This document shows positions 27,253 through 43,095 of a DNA stretch of 64,000 nt, in pieces. Position 1 is the first letter of the stretch. The number at the start of each line of letters is the position of its first letter. The translations under genes and the position numbers were made by a program. Source of the stretch: Eledone cirrhosa (Eukaryota); the NCBI GenBank assembly GCA_964016885.1, contig OZ024758.1:1178001-1242000 (forward strand). The letters are read 5' to 3'. The notes beneath the pieces are model-generated. The model made no database searches. It was given only the letters and a program-made list of their open reading frames with translations, and was not told where the DNA came from.

Positions 27253-28845
27253 TATATATAACGAATGAATGAAGATTACCACGTGTTAATCTTCATTCAT
27301 TCTTTATTAATACTCCAGGAACTATTTACATCGGAACTGTCCGAAATCGGACCTCCGAACTACGCAACTAAGTAAACAAGCTTTGTTTTAGAAACAGATA
27401 CCGAATTTGAAAATTAGGAAGTGTCATGTGCTTACGCCGTATTTGACTAAATAGTCTGTTGCTAAATAGTCTGTAGCAAAAGTCTGTTGGTTGGGATTTT
27501 GAAAAACCCTCTGAATGGAAAAAAAGGATGAGTATTAGCGTACATGGGACACGAACCCACATCTTTGATTTGCCGAACCAATGTGTTTAGCTATCAATTA
27601 ATAATTCCAAAACAGCTAAATTAATGATTTATCTGTTTATGCTTTCCTTGCTCACAATACTGTAATAAACTATGTAAGAATACAAGAATACAAGAATACA
27701 AGAATACAAGTAAGTCTAATATAGAGACAAGTAGATTGATTAAAATATAGATAGACATTCAGAAAAATGTTGATAAATGCTTTATTATAGCTTAACAGAC
27801 TTTCCAACTAACAAAATAAACCGATGGTCTTATCACATATATTTTTAGCAGATTTTCCTTTCTCTTTTTCCACCATTTTCTTTCTAAACCCCGCACTCTA
27901 GTCTCTGCCACACACCAATATGATTTTTTGTTTTAAATAGTATTTCATTATCGTATTTTACTTAACCTTTGAAGGTTTTTAGTTTAATTTTTAAAAACTA
28001 TTGTTGAGTTTCCGGAATTATGTTAATTTCTACTTCTTGGCCATGTTTTTATTGTTGTTATTATTGCTATTTTTTGTTCTTAGTTTTCATTTTCGTCTTT
28101 TTCTTCTCTATCACATTCTTCTTATTTGGCTTATTTTTTTGTTAGTATCTTGATTAACGAGCTTAAACAGAAATTAAAGAGAATCTAAGTTGTCGAAAAA
28201 TAATACAATGAAGTCTCGTTGGCACCAGAAAATAAGCATTATCATATTAGAGAGCCGCCTGAGTGTTATTAACGTATAAAACATCTTTATCGTCTGCCAC
28301 AGGAAGAGAGGAATAGCTGCTACAGTTTAACATCTTAATACTGGATTGTAGATATTAGAACATAGACAAAAACAAATATGACTCTATTATATTCGATTTT
28401 GGAATACACAGACACACACAGACACAAACAAACACATACACATACACACAAACACACACACTGTCACAGACAGACACACTCACACACATATATACTCACA
28501 AATACACACACAGAGACACAGACAGACACACTCACATACATAGGCTCCCAATTACACAGACACAAACAAGCACTCACACATACACACAACTACACAAACA
28601 CAGACACAGACAGACACACACATACACATATATGAGCATATAAACATACTCACTCACATATACACACATGTAATCATACACACATACACTCACACACACA
28701 GACACTAACACACACACATACACTAACACACACACTATGATTTATATAAAGTTCATTGAAGACTCGGCATCTCGCCTCCATTCTACCATTCTATCTCTTT
28801 CTCCTAGCTCTTACTCTCTCTCTATCTCTCTCTATATATATATGG

Positions 28846-28894
<49 letters not shown>

Positions 28895-28932
28895 CACACA
28901 CATGTATATATATATGAATGTATATATATATA

Positions 28933-29118
<186 letters not shown>

Positions 29119-29564
29119 ATATAATAACAATGAATGTGTTATTTTTGCGAGCAGTCAATACTGAAATATGTTTTTTCGACAATTCTATTCAAGCCAAATT
29201 CTATTGAATATGTTTTGCCGAGGAAATAGAAGAAAATCGAAACATGTGCGTTGTTTTGTTGTTTTCACACTTTGCCATAAACACTGCTCCAATCACTTCT
29301 ACATTATTTCTTAACTCGTTACTAAGATAAGAGTAGACTAAAGTGTGAATGGTTTATAAATATGAAACATCGGCTGAAGATGTTCATATGTATATAATGT
29401 GAAGTGTAGTTTCAAATGTCTCTGACGACAGACAACACTTCAGAAATAGCTGTCTGGAAATCTCACTGCGACTGAGATAGCTGTGACATGGCCAAATATA
29501 TAAAACAACATAGCCCTATTCATGTATGTTTATTGTATATAAACATATCGAATATGATTTCATA

Positions 29565-30180
29565 TACAAGGTGTTCCAGAAAAGAAACAGAACAGGTGTC
29601 TCAAAGAAAAAAAAAGATATTTAAAATTCAAACTACCAACTACAATTTTCTCCTTTTCGAAATAATCCCCCTCCAGTTTAATACACTTTCCCATCCTTCT
29701 CCGCCACGCCTCTATGCCATTCTGGAAGGATTGTTCCGGGATTCACCGTAGCTCCGTTGTCATGGTCCTCTTCGTGGCTTCTACGTCCGAAAAGCTGGTC
29801 CCCTTGACATTCTTGAACTTGGCAAAAAGGAAACAAATCACACGAAGTCAGGTCATGTGAGTTGAAAGGTTGCTCCAGCACAGAGATATTCTTCTCGGCC
29901 AAGAACTTCCTGATGTTCAAGGTGTTGTGAGGCGGTGCGTTGTCGTAGTTAAGCAACGGTGAATTGTCTTGCCACAAATCTCGCCTCTTTTCACGCACTG
30001 AACGTAACAAACTCGGCAGGATCTCTTTGTAGACGCTGCAATTCTGGGACCATCAGGTTTAGAAAGTATCTTACACACATTTTCTCAAATTTAAGGAACA
30101 AACTTCTGAACCCATTAAAAAAGATTTTCATTTTATTTGCTGTTAGTGCAAAACATAATTAAATGGCAGGATCCAGCATG
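29565..30180 (-). mobile_element. Mariner transposase relic
   Basis: ORF 29678-30010 KRRDLWQDNSPLLNYDNAPPH...LEQPFNSHDLTSCDLF is a decayed form of the mariner HDNAPPH / YSPDLAPCDF motifs; TA-CAAGGTG end at 29565. Confidence 0.85.
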
Positions 30181-32761
30181 AACATTATCTAAGAGCAAGT
30201 ATTTCACTTTCTCTACCTCCAAAAATATTGATGATACATTTTTTACTACTGCACTGACATATAAAGCTGAATTCATATAATAGAGAGAGATGGAGAGAGC
30301 GGGAGTTTGGTTCCTTTGTGTCCGGACCTGGTATACATGTATATGTTTCACAGCCACACACTCACGTATTTGATGGATTCTTACTTATTTTTATTGCTTG
30401 TTATATTTTGTACTTGTATTTCTATTCAAATCGTTATCCAAAATAGTCTAAAATTGAAATAGTATCTATATACTACATTTGTTCCAATTCTCTTTGTAAG
30501 TCTGATACTTTTACACGGTATTGTAGATATCTGAGACAGAGTATTTCACGTGACTATTGTTTCATCTTTCTTCGTTCTAATTTCAAAGAATTAACACAAA
30601 ACAATGTTATATTCCACCTTTTGTTCTCCTACAGTGTTATTCTAACTCTTACCTTTAACATAATCCTCTTGTTTATAGGTTATTTATGTTTTCCACGCCG
30701 TGAAAAGTAAAAGACATATGTTCTTATCAAAATGAAGTCAGTCTATCATCGTAGATAGAAGCCAACACATTAGTAGCTAATTTCAACAACGCCACTATTT
30801 CCCTTAGCAGAAACATAAATGAACACTCCAAATTTACAAGCGGATGTATTAAAGAGCTGAGAGTTAGATAAATTGGTCATTGGTTGAGATAGACGATCGG
30901 CAGATACCGGACTTGTTCTTCTCTATCCTATCAATTTTCAAATAAGAACTCTCCCCACCACACTCACACTCACACGAGGATATAAAAACCTCATTCAACA
31001 TCGCCAAAATGTAGCTCGTACATGTATTAAGGAAGGGCTCATTAAAAGTATTGTTTACCATTACCCTTGTTAAACCTAAAGATATCATGTTCATCCTAAA
31101 GATTTGCCTTATTGATAAATGGTTAAATTCACTCTCTTTTTATTCACTATTATTTATATATTGGTCATTCCTTGTTTGAATTAGGGAATTTCCATCAAAT
31201 ATCCCCAAGCTAACTTTATGTAAATCCATCTACGTTTTCTCGGCTTTCATTCTGTGTTTCAGACTAACTTTTCGCAAGACAATTTTTCCCAATCACTCCT
31301 TCGTAGATTTGCAAACATTTCAACCCCTTCTCTGCCAATATTGTTTTCCCAACAGACATCAACCTACATATGTTAAAACTGAACCATTACAACCATATAA
31401 ACCACAAAAATCTCACCAGTCTAGGGTAGCTAGTAACACACACGGCTGCTGCTCCTCCTACTCAGACTAAACACAAAAAAGTATTGAGGTGTAGTGGATA
31501 AAACGATTACCAGTGGCATAGTGGGGGTTGATTCAGTAAAGAATATTCCCGCCTCTGTAAAACAAAACACAAAAAAAAACTGGCTTCGTGCTCAGTTAAA
31601 ATGAGAGCATAATTTGTTTTCTGTTTACGTTTTCTTCATTTTGTTCCTGATTTTATTTGCTGCGTTTGTTTGTTTTTTAAGCTAACATTGTGCCAAAACA
31701 ACATCATCATATCTTACTTTATATCGTTTGTCTGGACATTCACTGTAAATAGCTGTAAGAGAATACTGCACAGCTCACATGGGTACGGCATTACCTTAAA
31801 ACATATGGATAATAGAAGAACCGAGAAGAAAAAGAAGAAAGGAGGAGGGAAAGAAGAAAGGTGAGCTTATGAAGATGTAGAAAAGAAAAGATGAAGAAAA
31901 GATGAAGAAAATGAGGACAAGAAAAAAGAGCAACAGTATGTAAAATATATATAACAATAGAAGATGAACAAGTAGCAAAACCATTTAAAATAGACAAATG
32001 AAAGAAGAAGAAGAAGAAGAAGAAGAAGAAGAAGAAGAAGAAGAAGAAGAAGAAGAAGAAGAAGAAGAAGAAGAAGAAGAAGAAGAAGAAGAAGAAGAAG
32101 AAGAAATACACAACAGCTACAATAACAAACAAACATGTAAAAGTAATGATATAAAACATAACAGCAACAACAAGAAACAAAGAGACGAACACGGGCAGAA
32201 AAAAAGAAGAAAAAAAGAGGTAGGATGGTGGGGAGGGGGGAATAGGGAAAAAAATAAATACTTGAAAATGTAAAGAAACAAACGAGAGAAGGAAAGAAAG
32301 ATAAAGAGATAGAGAGAAAAAGAGAAAGAGAGAAAGAAAGAGAAATAGAGGCAGATAGATAAAGAGATAGAGAGAAAGAGAGAAAGAGAGAAAGAAAGAG
32401 AAAAAGAGATAGAGAGAAAGAGAGAAAGAGAAAAATAAAAATAAAAAGAGATAGAGAGAAAGAAAGAAAGATTGAAGGAGGAAATACATAAATAAAAGAC
32501 AAGAGGTGTAAGAAAGACTAAAGAGAGTTCTAACTAAAGAGAGTTCTTAACAATTTACAATCGTTTCATCTGATTCATCTTTTGCCAACTTATATCACTG
32601 TAGACGGCTCTACATTAGCGTAGTTACCTATAAATTGTCTCACTCTCTTTATATATGTAGGCATGTATGTGTGTATGCATGTATATATGTATGTTTGTAC
32701 GTATGTATGTGTGTATGTATGAATGTGTGTATGTATATATGTATGTATGTATGGATGGATG

Positions 32762-32793
<32 letters not shown>

Positions 32794-32914
32794 GATGGAG
32801 ATATATATATCTATAATTCACATATATATATATATATATATGTATTATATTGAAAGATGTCGCCTCAAAAAATTGAGCCGCCCTGTATACACCTATATAT
32901 ATATACATATATAC

Positions 32915-33041
<127 letters not shown>

Positions 33042-33137
33042 AGTGATGAAATGCCTATGACGGTTGGAAGACCACTGATGAAGGACACACTTTTTCATAT
33101 GTAACCCATTTGCAACGCCGCAGCTCCATTATTATCA

Positions 33138-33178
<41 letters not shown>

Positions 33179-33209
33179 GACTATATATATATGTATATAT
33201 ATATTTATA

Positions 33210-33751
33210 TACGAGGGGTCTTCAAAAGGTTCGTGGAAAAAGGACAGTTGGAAAAAGCAATTTAAGATGTAATGTTCATTTTTCAACATATGCTCCATTT
33301 AGCTCAATACACTTCTGCAAGCTTTGATACCAGACTTTAAGTTCATCTGTATAAAACTGAGGACCATGTGATTTAAACCATGTCAAAGCAGCTTTTTGTA
33401 CATCTTCAACTGGGATCATCTTCCACCTCATCTCTTCCACTTCTAAAACAACTTATCTATTTGTATGTTGTTTATTTCTTTAGAGCATTGTCTCCATAAA
33501 CTAGATCCTGAGTGTCAATGACTTGGCTGCTCTTCTACCCTAGATTAGCCATGAGTTTGATGTTTGGATGGAGACTATGTGGCTCAAGCAAGTGCTGACT
33601 TCCGACTGGCGGCGCCGCGTTGCAGCATGTATTTAAGGGTTCATGTTATGACACTTTAATACAAGAACGTACAGGTACATTGAGATCAAAATACCTGCAT
33701 ATGACATGTAGCTATGTACTTTTTCCACGAACTTTTTGAAGTCCACTCGAA
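33210..33751. mobile_element. Internally deleted mariner / MITE
   Basis: TIRs CGAGGGGTCTTCAAAAGGTTCGTGGAAAA / TTTTCCACGAACTTTTTGAAGTCCACTCG; TA at the left end. Confidence 0.8.
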
Positions 33752-33956
33752 TATATTATCCTTTAAAGGGATGGGATCCGCCAGTTTTAAAAGTGCGGGA
33801 GGGATGCCATATACCACTATGGTGCCCTTACGTATCTATCAGGAGTTTGGTGACCATACCATACAATACCATACATATATGTATAATATATAAATATTTG
33901 TATATATATGTATATATAAATATTTGTATAGATATGTATATATATTCATATATATA

Positions 33957-34036
<80 letters not shown>

Positions 34037-34409
34037 ATGTGTGATTATTCATAAGTAGAATCATAGAAGCACACATACATGCATCCGCACGCTCACACAC
34101 ACACACACTCACACACTCACACACTCACACTCACACACACACACACACACACCCACCCACCCACTCTCTCACACACACACTCACACGCATACATTCACTC
34201 ACACGCACACACACACATCCACACACACACACTCACACATACACATACACACGCACACACGTACGCTCAAAAATGATTTATTCTCTTCATTTGTTTTTCT
34301 GTATTTAACTATGATAACACTCGTTATAGACGATGTCTGCAACTGCTGTAACTTAGTAGCAGTGGTGGTGGTAGTGGTAGTGGTAGTAGTAGTGGTGGTG
34401 ATAGTAGTG

Positions 34410-34441
<32 letters not shown>

Positions 34442-34543
34442 GGTAGTGGTAGTAGTAGTGGTGGTGGTAGTGGTAGTGGTAGTGGTAGTGGTAGTGGTGG
34501 TGGTAGTGGTAGTGGTAGTAGTAACAGTAGTAGTAGTAGTAAC

Positions 34544-34598
<55 letters not shown>

Positions 34599-35004
34599 TC
34601 TCACTATTACCTCCATCTTTACTATCTATCTTCGTTGTCTTACCCCCCCCCCCCCACCAGCACCACCGCCACCGCTAACCTCCCAAGCACCCGCCCCTAT
34701 CCTCTCCATCTTATATATCTATTTGTTCTAAGTAGTTCGACCTATTAATTCCTGTCTAGCCACGTTCGAGAATGTTTATCTGTTATTTTATGAACTCGTC
34801 TAATTGCTCTACTTTCCCTCCTACATCATCATCATCATCATCATCATCATTATCATGATCATCATCATCATCAACACCGTCATTATCATTATCATCTCAT
34901 CATCATTATTATCGTCGTCGTCGTCATCAACATCATCATTATCATTTCCTCTTCCTCATCATCATCATCTTCATCATAGTCATCTCCATCATCTCCATCA
35001 TCAT

Positions 35005-35052
<48 letters not shown>

Positions 35053-35445
35053 AATTATCACGAAATTATCCATTTGATGGACTTCTTCATTATTTCCCTC
35101 TACAGAATGTTCTTCTCAAAGATTCTGTCAACTCGAGACCTCATGACTTGATGGGGTAAACTTCTTACACTCTCAGTCATGTCTAATATAATTGCAATTG
35201 TCCCAGTGCATTACTGGTACTTTAATGTGACAGTATATTTACAGTATAATTTATTTGTCGTTGCAGCACCAATAAGACATAACCAGCAATTCTTTCAACA
35301 ATATGTTTTAACAGCAAATGTGACAATAGTAACAAAAGACGGCGACTTAAGACAAAATGTATATATTTGTTTATTTGTTGCCTATAAAATAAACAATTTT
35401 CTTTTCATTCTCGTCTTGTTTCCTTATTGCTTAATTATTCCGTTG

Positions 35446-35790
35446 TACAGGGTGGTCGGAAATCTTGCCACCCCGTATCAAAAAGTAATGAGAAACAGTT
35501 TTATGTTCCCATCGCAGTATCGTCCTCTTCGGAGTAGCTGGTTTGCCGAATCTTGCATTGAAGTCATATCGCACATCCTCCACACTCTTGTCAGAATGCA
35601 CACGATTAGGTGTCCATACACTTGCAAGCAACCTCTCTTCCAAACTGTAGGAGCTCTGAAATAGAAAGTCATATTATTATTATTATATATTATAATTAAT
35701 TATATTATATATTATATTATTAAAATAAAACATAATGAAAGTTAAAACAATATGTGACAAGGGGTGACAAGACTTTCGGACCACCCTGTA
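35446..35790 (-). mobile_element. Tc1/mariner deletion derivative with TIRs and a transposase N-terminal remnant
   Basis: TA-CAGGGTGGTCGGAAATCTTGCCACCCC / GGGGTGACAAGACTTTCGGACCACCCTG-TA; ORF ...KSVEDVRYDFNARFGKPATPKRTILRWEHK is HTH-like. Confidence 0.85.
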
Positions 35791-36271
35791 TTTCATTTCT
35801 GAATATATATTCTTGTTTTGCCAATGTTAGCTCACCGCTGAGGAGTTAGTTAATCTGATATTTGATTGTGTTTCAGCATGACATATATATATATATTTAT
35901 ATACACACACATACATATACAAATTACATATGTTATGATAAAATGCACCCAGTACACTCTGTAAGCAGACATTAAATGATATATATATACGCTTTTACCT
36001 GTCCCAGCCATCCAGCTGAGGCCATGCTGAGGCACCACCCTTATATCATTCATCATCATTTCATTTTACGTCCGCTTTTTTTTCCCTGCATGCAAGGGTG
36101 GGACGGGAACTGATGCTGGCTTGATTTCTACAGCTGGATGCCCTTCCTAACACCAACCTCATTTACAGTGAGTGCTGGGTGCTTTTTTGCCATGGCACCT
36201 CCACATCCACTTTACAGTGGAATGATATGGACCCCAGTCCCTATCATCTCATTTCTGCAGCTGAGTAAACT

Positions 36272-36450
36272 GGAGCAGTATCGGTAGAGGGTCGGACGCC
36301 ATGCTTTCCAGCATAGTTACGTCCCTTTACGATCAGAGTTCAAATCCCGCCGAGGTTGACTTTGCCTTTCATCCTTACGAGGTCGATAAAATAAAGTACC
36401 AGTAATGCACTGGGTAATTGCTGGCCTTGTGCCTAGAGTAGAAACAATTA
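36272..36450 (+). mobile_element. SINE copy, fused to another repeat fragment (~36060-36272)
   Basis: Family match from GCAGTATCGG onward. Confidence 0.8.
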
Positions 36451-36934
36451 TTTCTTTCTTTATATTATCTATATTTTGTTGTATTTAGGCGTAACTGATT
36501 CTACTTCATTGGATCAAAATTGCTAATACGTCAGACATCTTATCATACTTCCGTCCGTTTATTGACATTCTGCGCTTCAAACATGGCAAATCAGCTCTGC
36601 CTATCAGGCTTCCGAAATCCCTAAGATATGAACAGTTAATGTACTGTAGTCTAATAAATCCTCAATAAGTCTCATTTACAAGCATTGTGAGAAATGAATA
36701 TTGAGCTTATGATAATCCTTGACATTGCAGCTTTATTTCTTTTTGTAAATTTAAGTTTCAGTAGTTTTGTTTCGGTTATTGTTGTTGTTATTGTCATCCA
36801 TGATTGATAAAACATGTAGCCTTGCTGTTCTCTGAAAATCGATTATTATAATTATATTCTGCACTCACCTATCTGAAGATCATATTTCTCACTCCAAAAC
36901 TCAGTGGGTAGATGTACACACACTCTCGAAGTAT

Positions 36935-36979
<45 letters not shown>

Positions 36980-36983
<4 letters not shown>

Positions 36984-37103
36984 ATAATAATAAATGTGAA
37001 GACTAAAATCCAAAGACGGCTCGATAAGGATAAATATATCAAATATATAAGAACCCTCAAGGGTGAAAGCACCGATTCTTTGCTTAAGCTTTAATTTGTT
37101 ATG

Positions 37104-37109
<6 letters not shown>
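36980..37109. mobile_element. Family F element: antisense 3' end joined to sense hammerhead part
   Basis: (TA)n-AGTAATAATAA...AAGA-ACCC tcaa GGGT-GAAAGCA...TGCTT...-(AT)n. Confidence 0.75.
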
Positions 37110-37141
<32 letters not shown>

Positions 37142-38339
37142 CCTTACTTTCATTTTACAGCTAACTTTGCTCTGTTTAGTGCCTACGTCAGAAAGGGTTA
37201 AAATGTCTGAGGGCAAGATAATTATGTGAGGCTCTTTACCTTTCCATTTTAAAACAAATTAATTTCATGTATCCAAGTCTTAACCACACATACATGTGAA
37301 AGTCTTTAGTGTACATATCATCCAGCTTCAAGTTCCTTTTCACATGATCTGTTTCCTTCTGTAATTTTCCCTTCAAGTTAGTTTATATTTCCAAGTATAA
37401 TATTCTTTTATTCATCTGATAGATATTGACATAGATGAAACGATAAACTTTAGTGATAGCAAGCCGTCAAATATAAATTACTGAACGAAAGAAAGTGTAT
37501 TCTTCGGAAGAACATATTCTAAAGCCTGGATTAATAGAAAACCGACAAAAATATCTGGAATCTCAAAGACCAACTAATTCTATCAGTTATGAGTGATTAT
37601 TTGACTGAGTAGTAACATGTCACCTTTAAAGAAGGACTTAAGTGCTATAGATTCAAACTATAAAGTGGAATGTCACAAGTATGAAAATACACTATTGACA
37701 CGTCCGAACACGGAAGAACCGATCTCCCACTGTTATCGCCCCATCTCTCTCGCCCCTCCCCCATCTCTCTGTATAGTGAGCAAAGAACTTGACTGTTGCT
37801 TTTCCTGCAGATGATGTTTCTGGCCAATCTCGTCTTTCCCTAAATGCACCAGACGGGTCGTGCACCATGGCAACGCCTTTACTCATCCATTAAGAGTAAA
37901 ATTTCGAAGAATTATATTCTATCATACATGACTTATAAGTTTGTACATATATAACAATGTATATAACTATGACGTACCTGCTTGCATAGCGATATATAGT
38001 CATATTGCACACAATACTTAAATAGTGTGCCAGTAATATCTGCAAGTGTTCATGCAACGATTGAGATAGTTGCACAGGCAGATGCATCTCAGTTTACAGA
38101 ACGTTGTTGCATATTATACACAAATCTATATGCATATTTATACACATACACATTACGTAGATTGCGCGCATGCACATACACATACACATGCAGATACACA
38201 TACACATGCACATACACATACACATGCAGAGATACATACACATGCACATTACATATACATGCACACATACATACACATGCACATATACATACACATGCAC
38301 ATATACATACACATGCACATTACATATACATGCACATTA

Positions 38340-38522
38340 CATACAGATGCAGATATACATACAGATGTAGATATACATACAGATGCAGATATACATACAG
38401 ATGCAGATATACATACAGATGCAGATATACATACAGATGTAGATATACATACAGATGCAGATATACATACAGATGCAGATATACATACAGATGTAGATAT
38501 ACATACAGATGTAGATACAGAC
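38340..38522 (+). repeat. 18-bp minisatellite ACATACAGATG(C/T)AGATAT
   Basis: About 10 units visible. Confidence 0.9.
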
Positions 38523-38764
38523 ATGTCTGTCGTATCATCATTTGTCTGTCTCCCTCTTTCTCCATCAGTTTCATCCTTTGTCTCCGACTTCCACCCGTTC
38601 CCCCTCCCTCATATAGTTTATCGAGACGTCATATCGACCATGGACACATATTTTATGCTATTTATTATAAACTGGTAGTTATTATGTCTGTCTGTATTTG
38701 ACAAACCAATAGCTTCCCGGATATAAAAGAATACTAAAGTTTTTAAAATATAGCCTAAGCAGGA

Positions 38765-38807
<43 letters not shown>

Positions 38808-38833
38808 GTATGTATATATTTATATATATATAT

Positions 38834-39186
38834 TTAAATAGAAAGTGAACAGCACAATATATAGCTACTCCATTACCAAAGGTTTCAGGACTCTAGACAA
38901 TATTAACATACGCCTAGTTCGCTCATCAGAGGTGTTATGAATACGAAATGAGATTGAAAATCTATTAATTTAGATCTATTAATATAGATTTTCAATCTCA
39001 TTTCGTATTTTCATGTATTCATAACCCCTCTGATGAGCGAACTAGACGTATGTTAATACCGTCCACGGTCCTGAAACCTTTGGTAATTAGAAGCTATATA
39101 TTGCGTTGTCCACTTTCTAATTAAATAGCTCTGTTATATACATAGAGCACTCTTTTTTCCTTTCCTTCTTTTTTCGGAAATACTTA

Positions 39187-39190
<4 letters not shown>
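38834..39190 (+). mobile_element. Family C fold-back element with a hammerhead core on each arm
   Basis: Imperfect inverted arms 38834-38965 / 38983-39126; (TA)n flanks. Confidence 0.75.
39025..39090 (+). ncRNA. Type I hammerhead-like motif, family C (mirror copy on minus strand ~38870-38934)
   Basis: CTGATGA (39030-39036), long stem II, GAA-ACC ttt GGT-A (39073-39085). Both core boxes are intact on both arms; stem I is weak. Confidence 0.6.
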
Positions 39191-39272
<82 letters not shown>

Positions 39273-39300
39273 TAATATATATATACACACACACATATAT

Positions 39301-39431
39301 AACGAAGGAATGGTGGTAAGGAACCAGATGGACAATAACGCACCAGAGTACTCAATACTTAGGGTAGTAGAGTGGTTAATAGGAAAAAGTATGACCCCGA
39401 CGGCAGAGCTCAAGCCGTTTCGACGGCTATA
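39301..39431 (-). mobile_element. Family A element, truncated in predicted stem II
   Basis: Nearly identical to 12418-12535; microsatellite flanks. Confidence 0.8.
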
Positions 39432-39839
39432 CAGTATATATATATATATATATATATATATTAATAAAAGATCGGTGATCAATTTTCAGTTGATTCAGGT
39501 TTATTTAAAACTCCGTCATACATAGGAATATCAGTTAGGAAAGCTTGAGCTCTTCAGACGGCAAAACCTAAAATAAACATTGAAAGTTCCTAAGAAATCT
39601 CTAAATTTGGAAAAATCCACTAATTACACAGAGATATAGACTTACATACCAACATATACCTAAAGAAATGTGCTCGTGTTCACATTATTGAAAATGCTAA
39701 CATGATTTTTTTATATTATATATATATATATATGTATATAGACATTTATTCATGCATCCATTTTAGTGCATATATGCATTTCAATTTATATGAAAAAATG
39801 TGTATGTGTGTGTGTGTGTGTCTGTGTGTGCGCCTGTTT

Positions 39840-40702
<863 letters not shown>

Positions 40703-42051
40703 GCAGACCTGGGCGTCTGTATAATTATCATAGTAGGTAAGAGTGTATAGAATAATAGATATAGAGATAGAGCCGGAGGTGGACAGTGTCTGAGTGAGAG
40801 ATTCTAGAAGCCAAACAGTTTAATTATGTGTTTTGCAAGTGGAGTTGGTTCAAGGGTTGCTTCAATGCAAAAGCTGACTCATCGTTTCTGCAGATTGGAA
40901 ACAGCAGACGATGTAGGAAATCAGTTACTGTGCAACACGGGAACATACGAGAATATATATTAGATGATCCTGGTTACAATAATTGTATAACACTGTTGCT
41001 GTATATGTCTGTCTGTGTGTGTGTGTCTGTGTGTGTGTGTGTGTTTGTCTGTGTGTGCACAGGCTTGTGTGTCTGTGTGTGTGTGTGTGTATGTGTGTGC
41101 ACAGGCTTGTGTGTGTGTGTGTGTGTGTCTGTATAACAAACACTGTTGCTGTATATGTCTGTCTGTGTGTGTGTGTGTGTGTGCTTGTGTGTGCGCTTGT
41201 GTGTGTGTGTGCGCGCTTGTGTGTGTGTGTGTGTGTGTGTGTCTGTATAACACTGTTACTGTATATGGATGTGTGTGTGTGCTTGTGTGTGTGTGTGTGT
41301 GCGCGCGCTTGTGTGTGTCAGTATGATTGTCTGTGTCAGTGTGTGTATGCGCAAGCATGTGTATCTGTGTGTGTGTGTGTTTCTCAGTGTCTGTGTGTAT
41401 CTGTGTGTGTGTGTGTGTGCGTGTGTGTGTGTATATCTCTGTGTGTGTATATATGTGTGTGTGTATCTGTGTGTGTGTGTGTGTCTGTGTCTGTGTCTGC
41501 GTGTGTGCGTGCGTGAAGTTGTTATTCGCTCTGGAGGTTGGTGAAGATGTACAGTGAAGATAGGAGAGAGAGGGGGGAGATGAGAGAGGAGAGAGAGAGG
41601 AGATAGGAGAGAGAGGAGAAGGAGAGAGGTGAGGAGAGAGGTGAGGAGAGAGGAGAGAGGAGAGGAGAGACTATGTTATACATTAAAAAGAGGAAAGAAA
41701 CTTTGCCTGTGTATGTGAGTTTGTCTGCATTTGTCTGTATGTATGTCTGTGTATGTATGTGTGTATCTGTGAAGGTGTGTGTCTGTGTGTATATATGTGT
41801 ATTTACGTGTGTCAGTGAGTGTGTGTGTCAGTGAGTGTGTGTGTCAGTGAGTGTGTGTGTGTGTGTGTGAAGGTATGTATGTGTATGTGTGTGTGTGCAT
41901 ACGTGTGTCAGTGAGTATGTGTGTGAAGGTATGTATGTGTGTGTGTGCATACGTGTGTCAGTGAGTGTGTGTCTTGTTTAGCCACGAGAAAGCTATAATA
42001 AAGCTATCCCCTCAAGAAACAGATTTCAATCATAGCTGTTCTTTCTTGTCA

Positions 42052-42150
42052 TACGAGAGTCGCTAGAAAGGTTCATTGGCTGAAAAGTTCATAGACTAAC
42101 CAAGATACTCTCATGGAATGACCAAATGAAGTTTATTTTCAACACAGTCG
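42052..42150. mobile_element. Mariner-like terminal fragment (second copy ~49342-49445)
   Basis: TACGAG start; shared AAAAGTTCATAG...TACTCTCATGGAATGACC.AATGA.GTTTATTTT. Confidence 0.55.
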
Positions 42151-42219
42151 CTGAAAAGAAACACTGCAGTTATTAATAAAAAGATTTGTAGAAGTTTGTC
42201 GTCTTTATAGATGCGAAAC

Positions 42220-42408
42220 CGGTGGATTGGCAGTATCGGTAGAGGGTTGGGCGCCATGCTTTGACGCATAGAGTTACGGCCCTTTATGGTCTGAGTTCAA
42301 ATCCCGCTGTGGTTAACTTTGCCTTTCATCCTTACGGGGTCGATAAAATAAAGAACCAGTAATACACTGGAATAATTGCTGGCCTTGTGCCAAAAGTAGA
42401 AACCAGTT
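42220..42408 (+). mobile_element. SINE copy with 14-bp TSD
   Basis: TAGATGCGAAACCG at 42208-42221 and 42409-42422. Confidence 0.9.
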
Positions 42409-42684
42409 TAGATGCGAAACCGAAATTTCGATGCCGCAAACATCGGTAATTCAGTTGCTTCCGTATCACAGATTCTTTGTTTTTGTACCAGTATTTGATG
42501 TGACTCAGTAAGGACTATTAACTAAATCTATTATTCATGGAATCTGATGACGTCGTCCAAGGAATTGCATCATGGTCTGATCATGTAATGAACCAGCCAC
42601 GGAAATAGGTATTACGCAACAATAAAATAAGTTATTGGAATCAAGCCTACACACAGGGGTCTGACTGTTTTCATATTATATATC

Positions 42685-42726
<42 letters not shown>

Positions 42727-42821
42727 GATATATAATATTTTTAGCCTTAATATAAAAGAATATTAAAACTCTACCTCGGTATTAAGTGCTCCTTTCTCTC
42801 ACCCGTCAACAACGTACATAC

Positions 42822-42946
<125 letters not shown>

Positions 42947-43046
42947 ATATATATACGTATGTACGTTGTTGACGGGTGAGAGAAAGGAGCACTTAATACC
43001 GAGGTAGAGTTTTAATATTCTTTTATATTAAGGCTAAAAAATGAGT

Positions 43047-43093
43047 TTTGTTACCTGGAGTTTCGTTTGCTTATAACAGATTCATCAGACAAA
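43047..43093 (-). ncRNA. Type I hammerhead ribozyme motif, family D, minus arm
   Basis: TTTGT-CTGATGA-atctg ttataag caaac-GAA-AC tccag GT-A-ACAAA. Core intact; stem I TTTGT/ACAAA; stem II partly decayed. Confidence 0.7.
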
Positions 43094-43095
43094 CT

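Noticed and set aside
30850-31500. Possible LINE RT remnants (also ~10900-11360, 17980-18500, 45120-45560)
   Set aside because: Too degraded to assign by eye; needs BLASTX.
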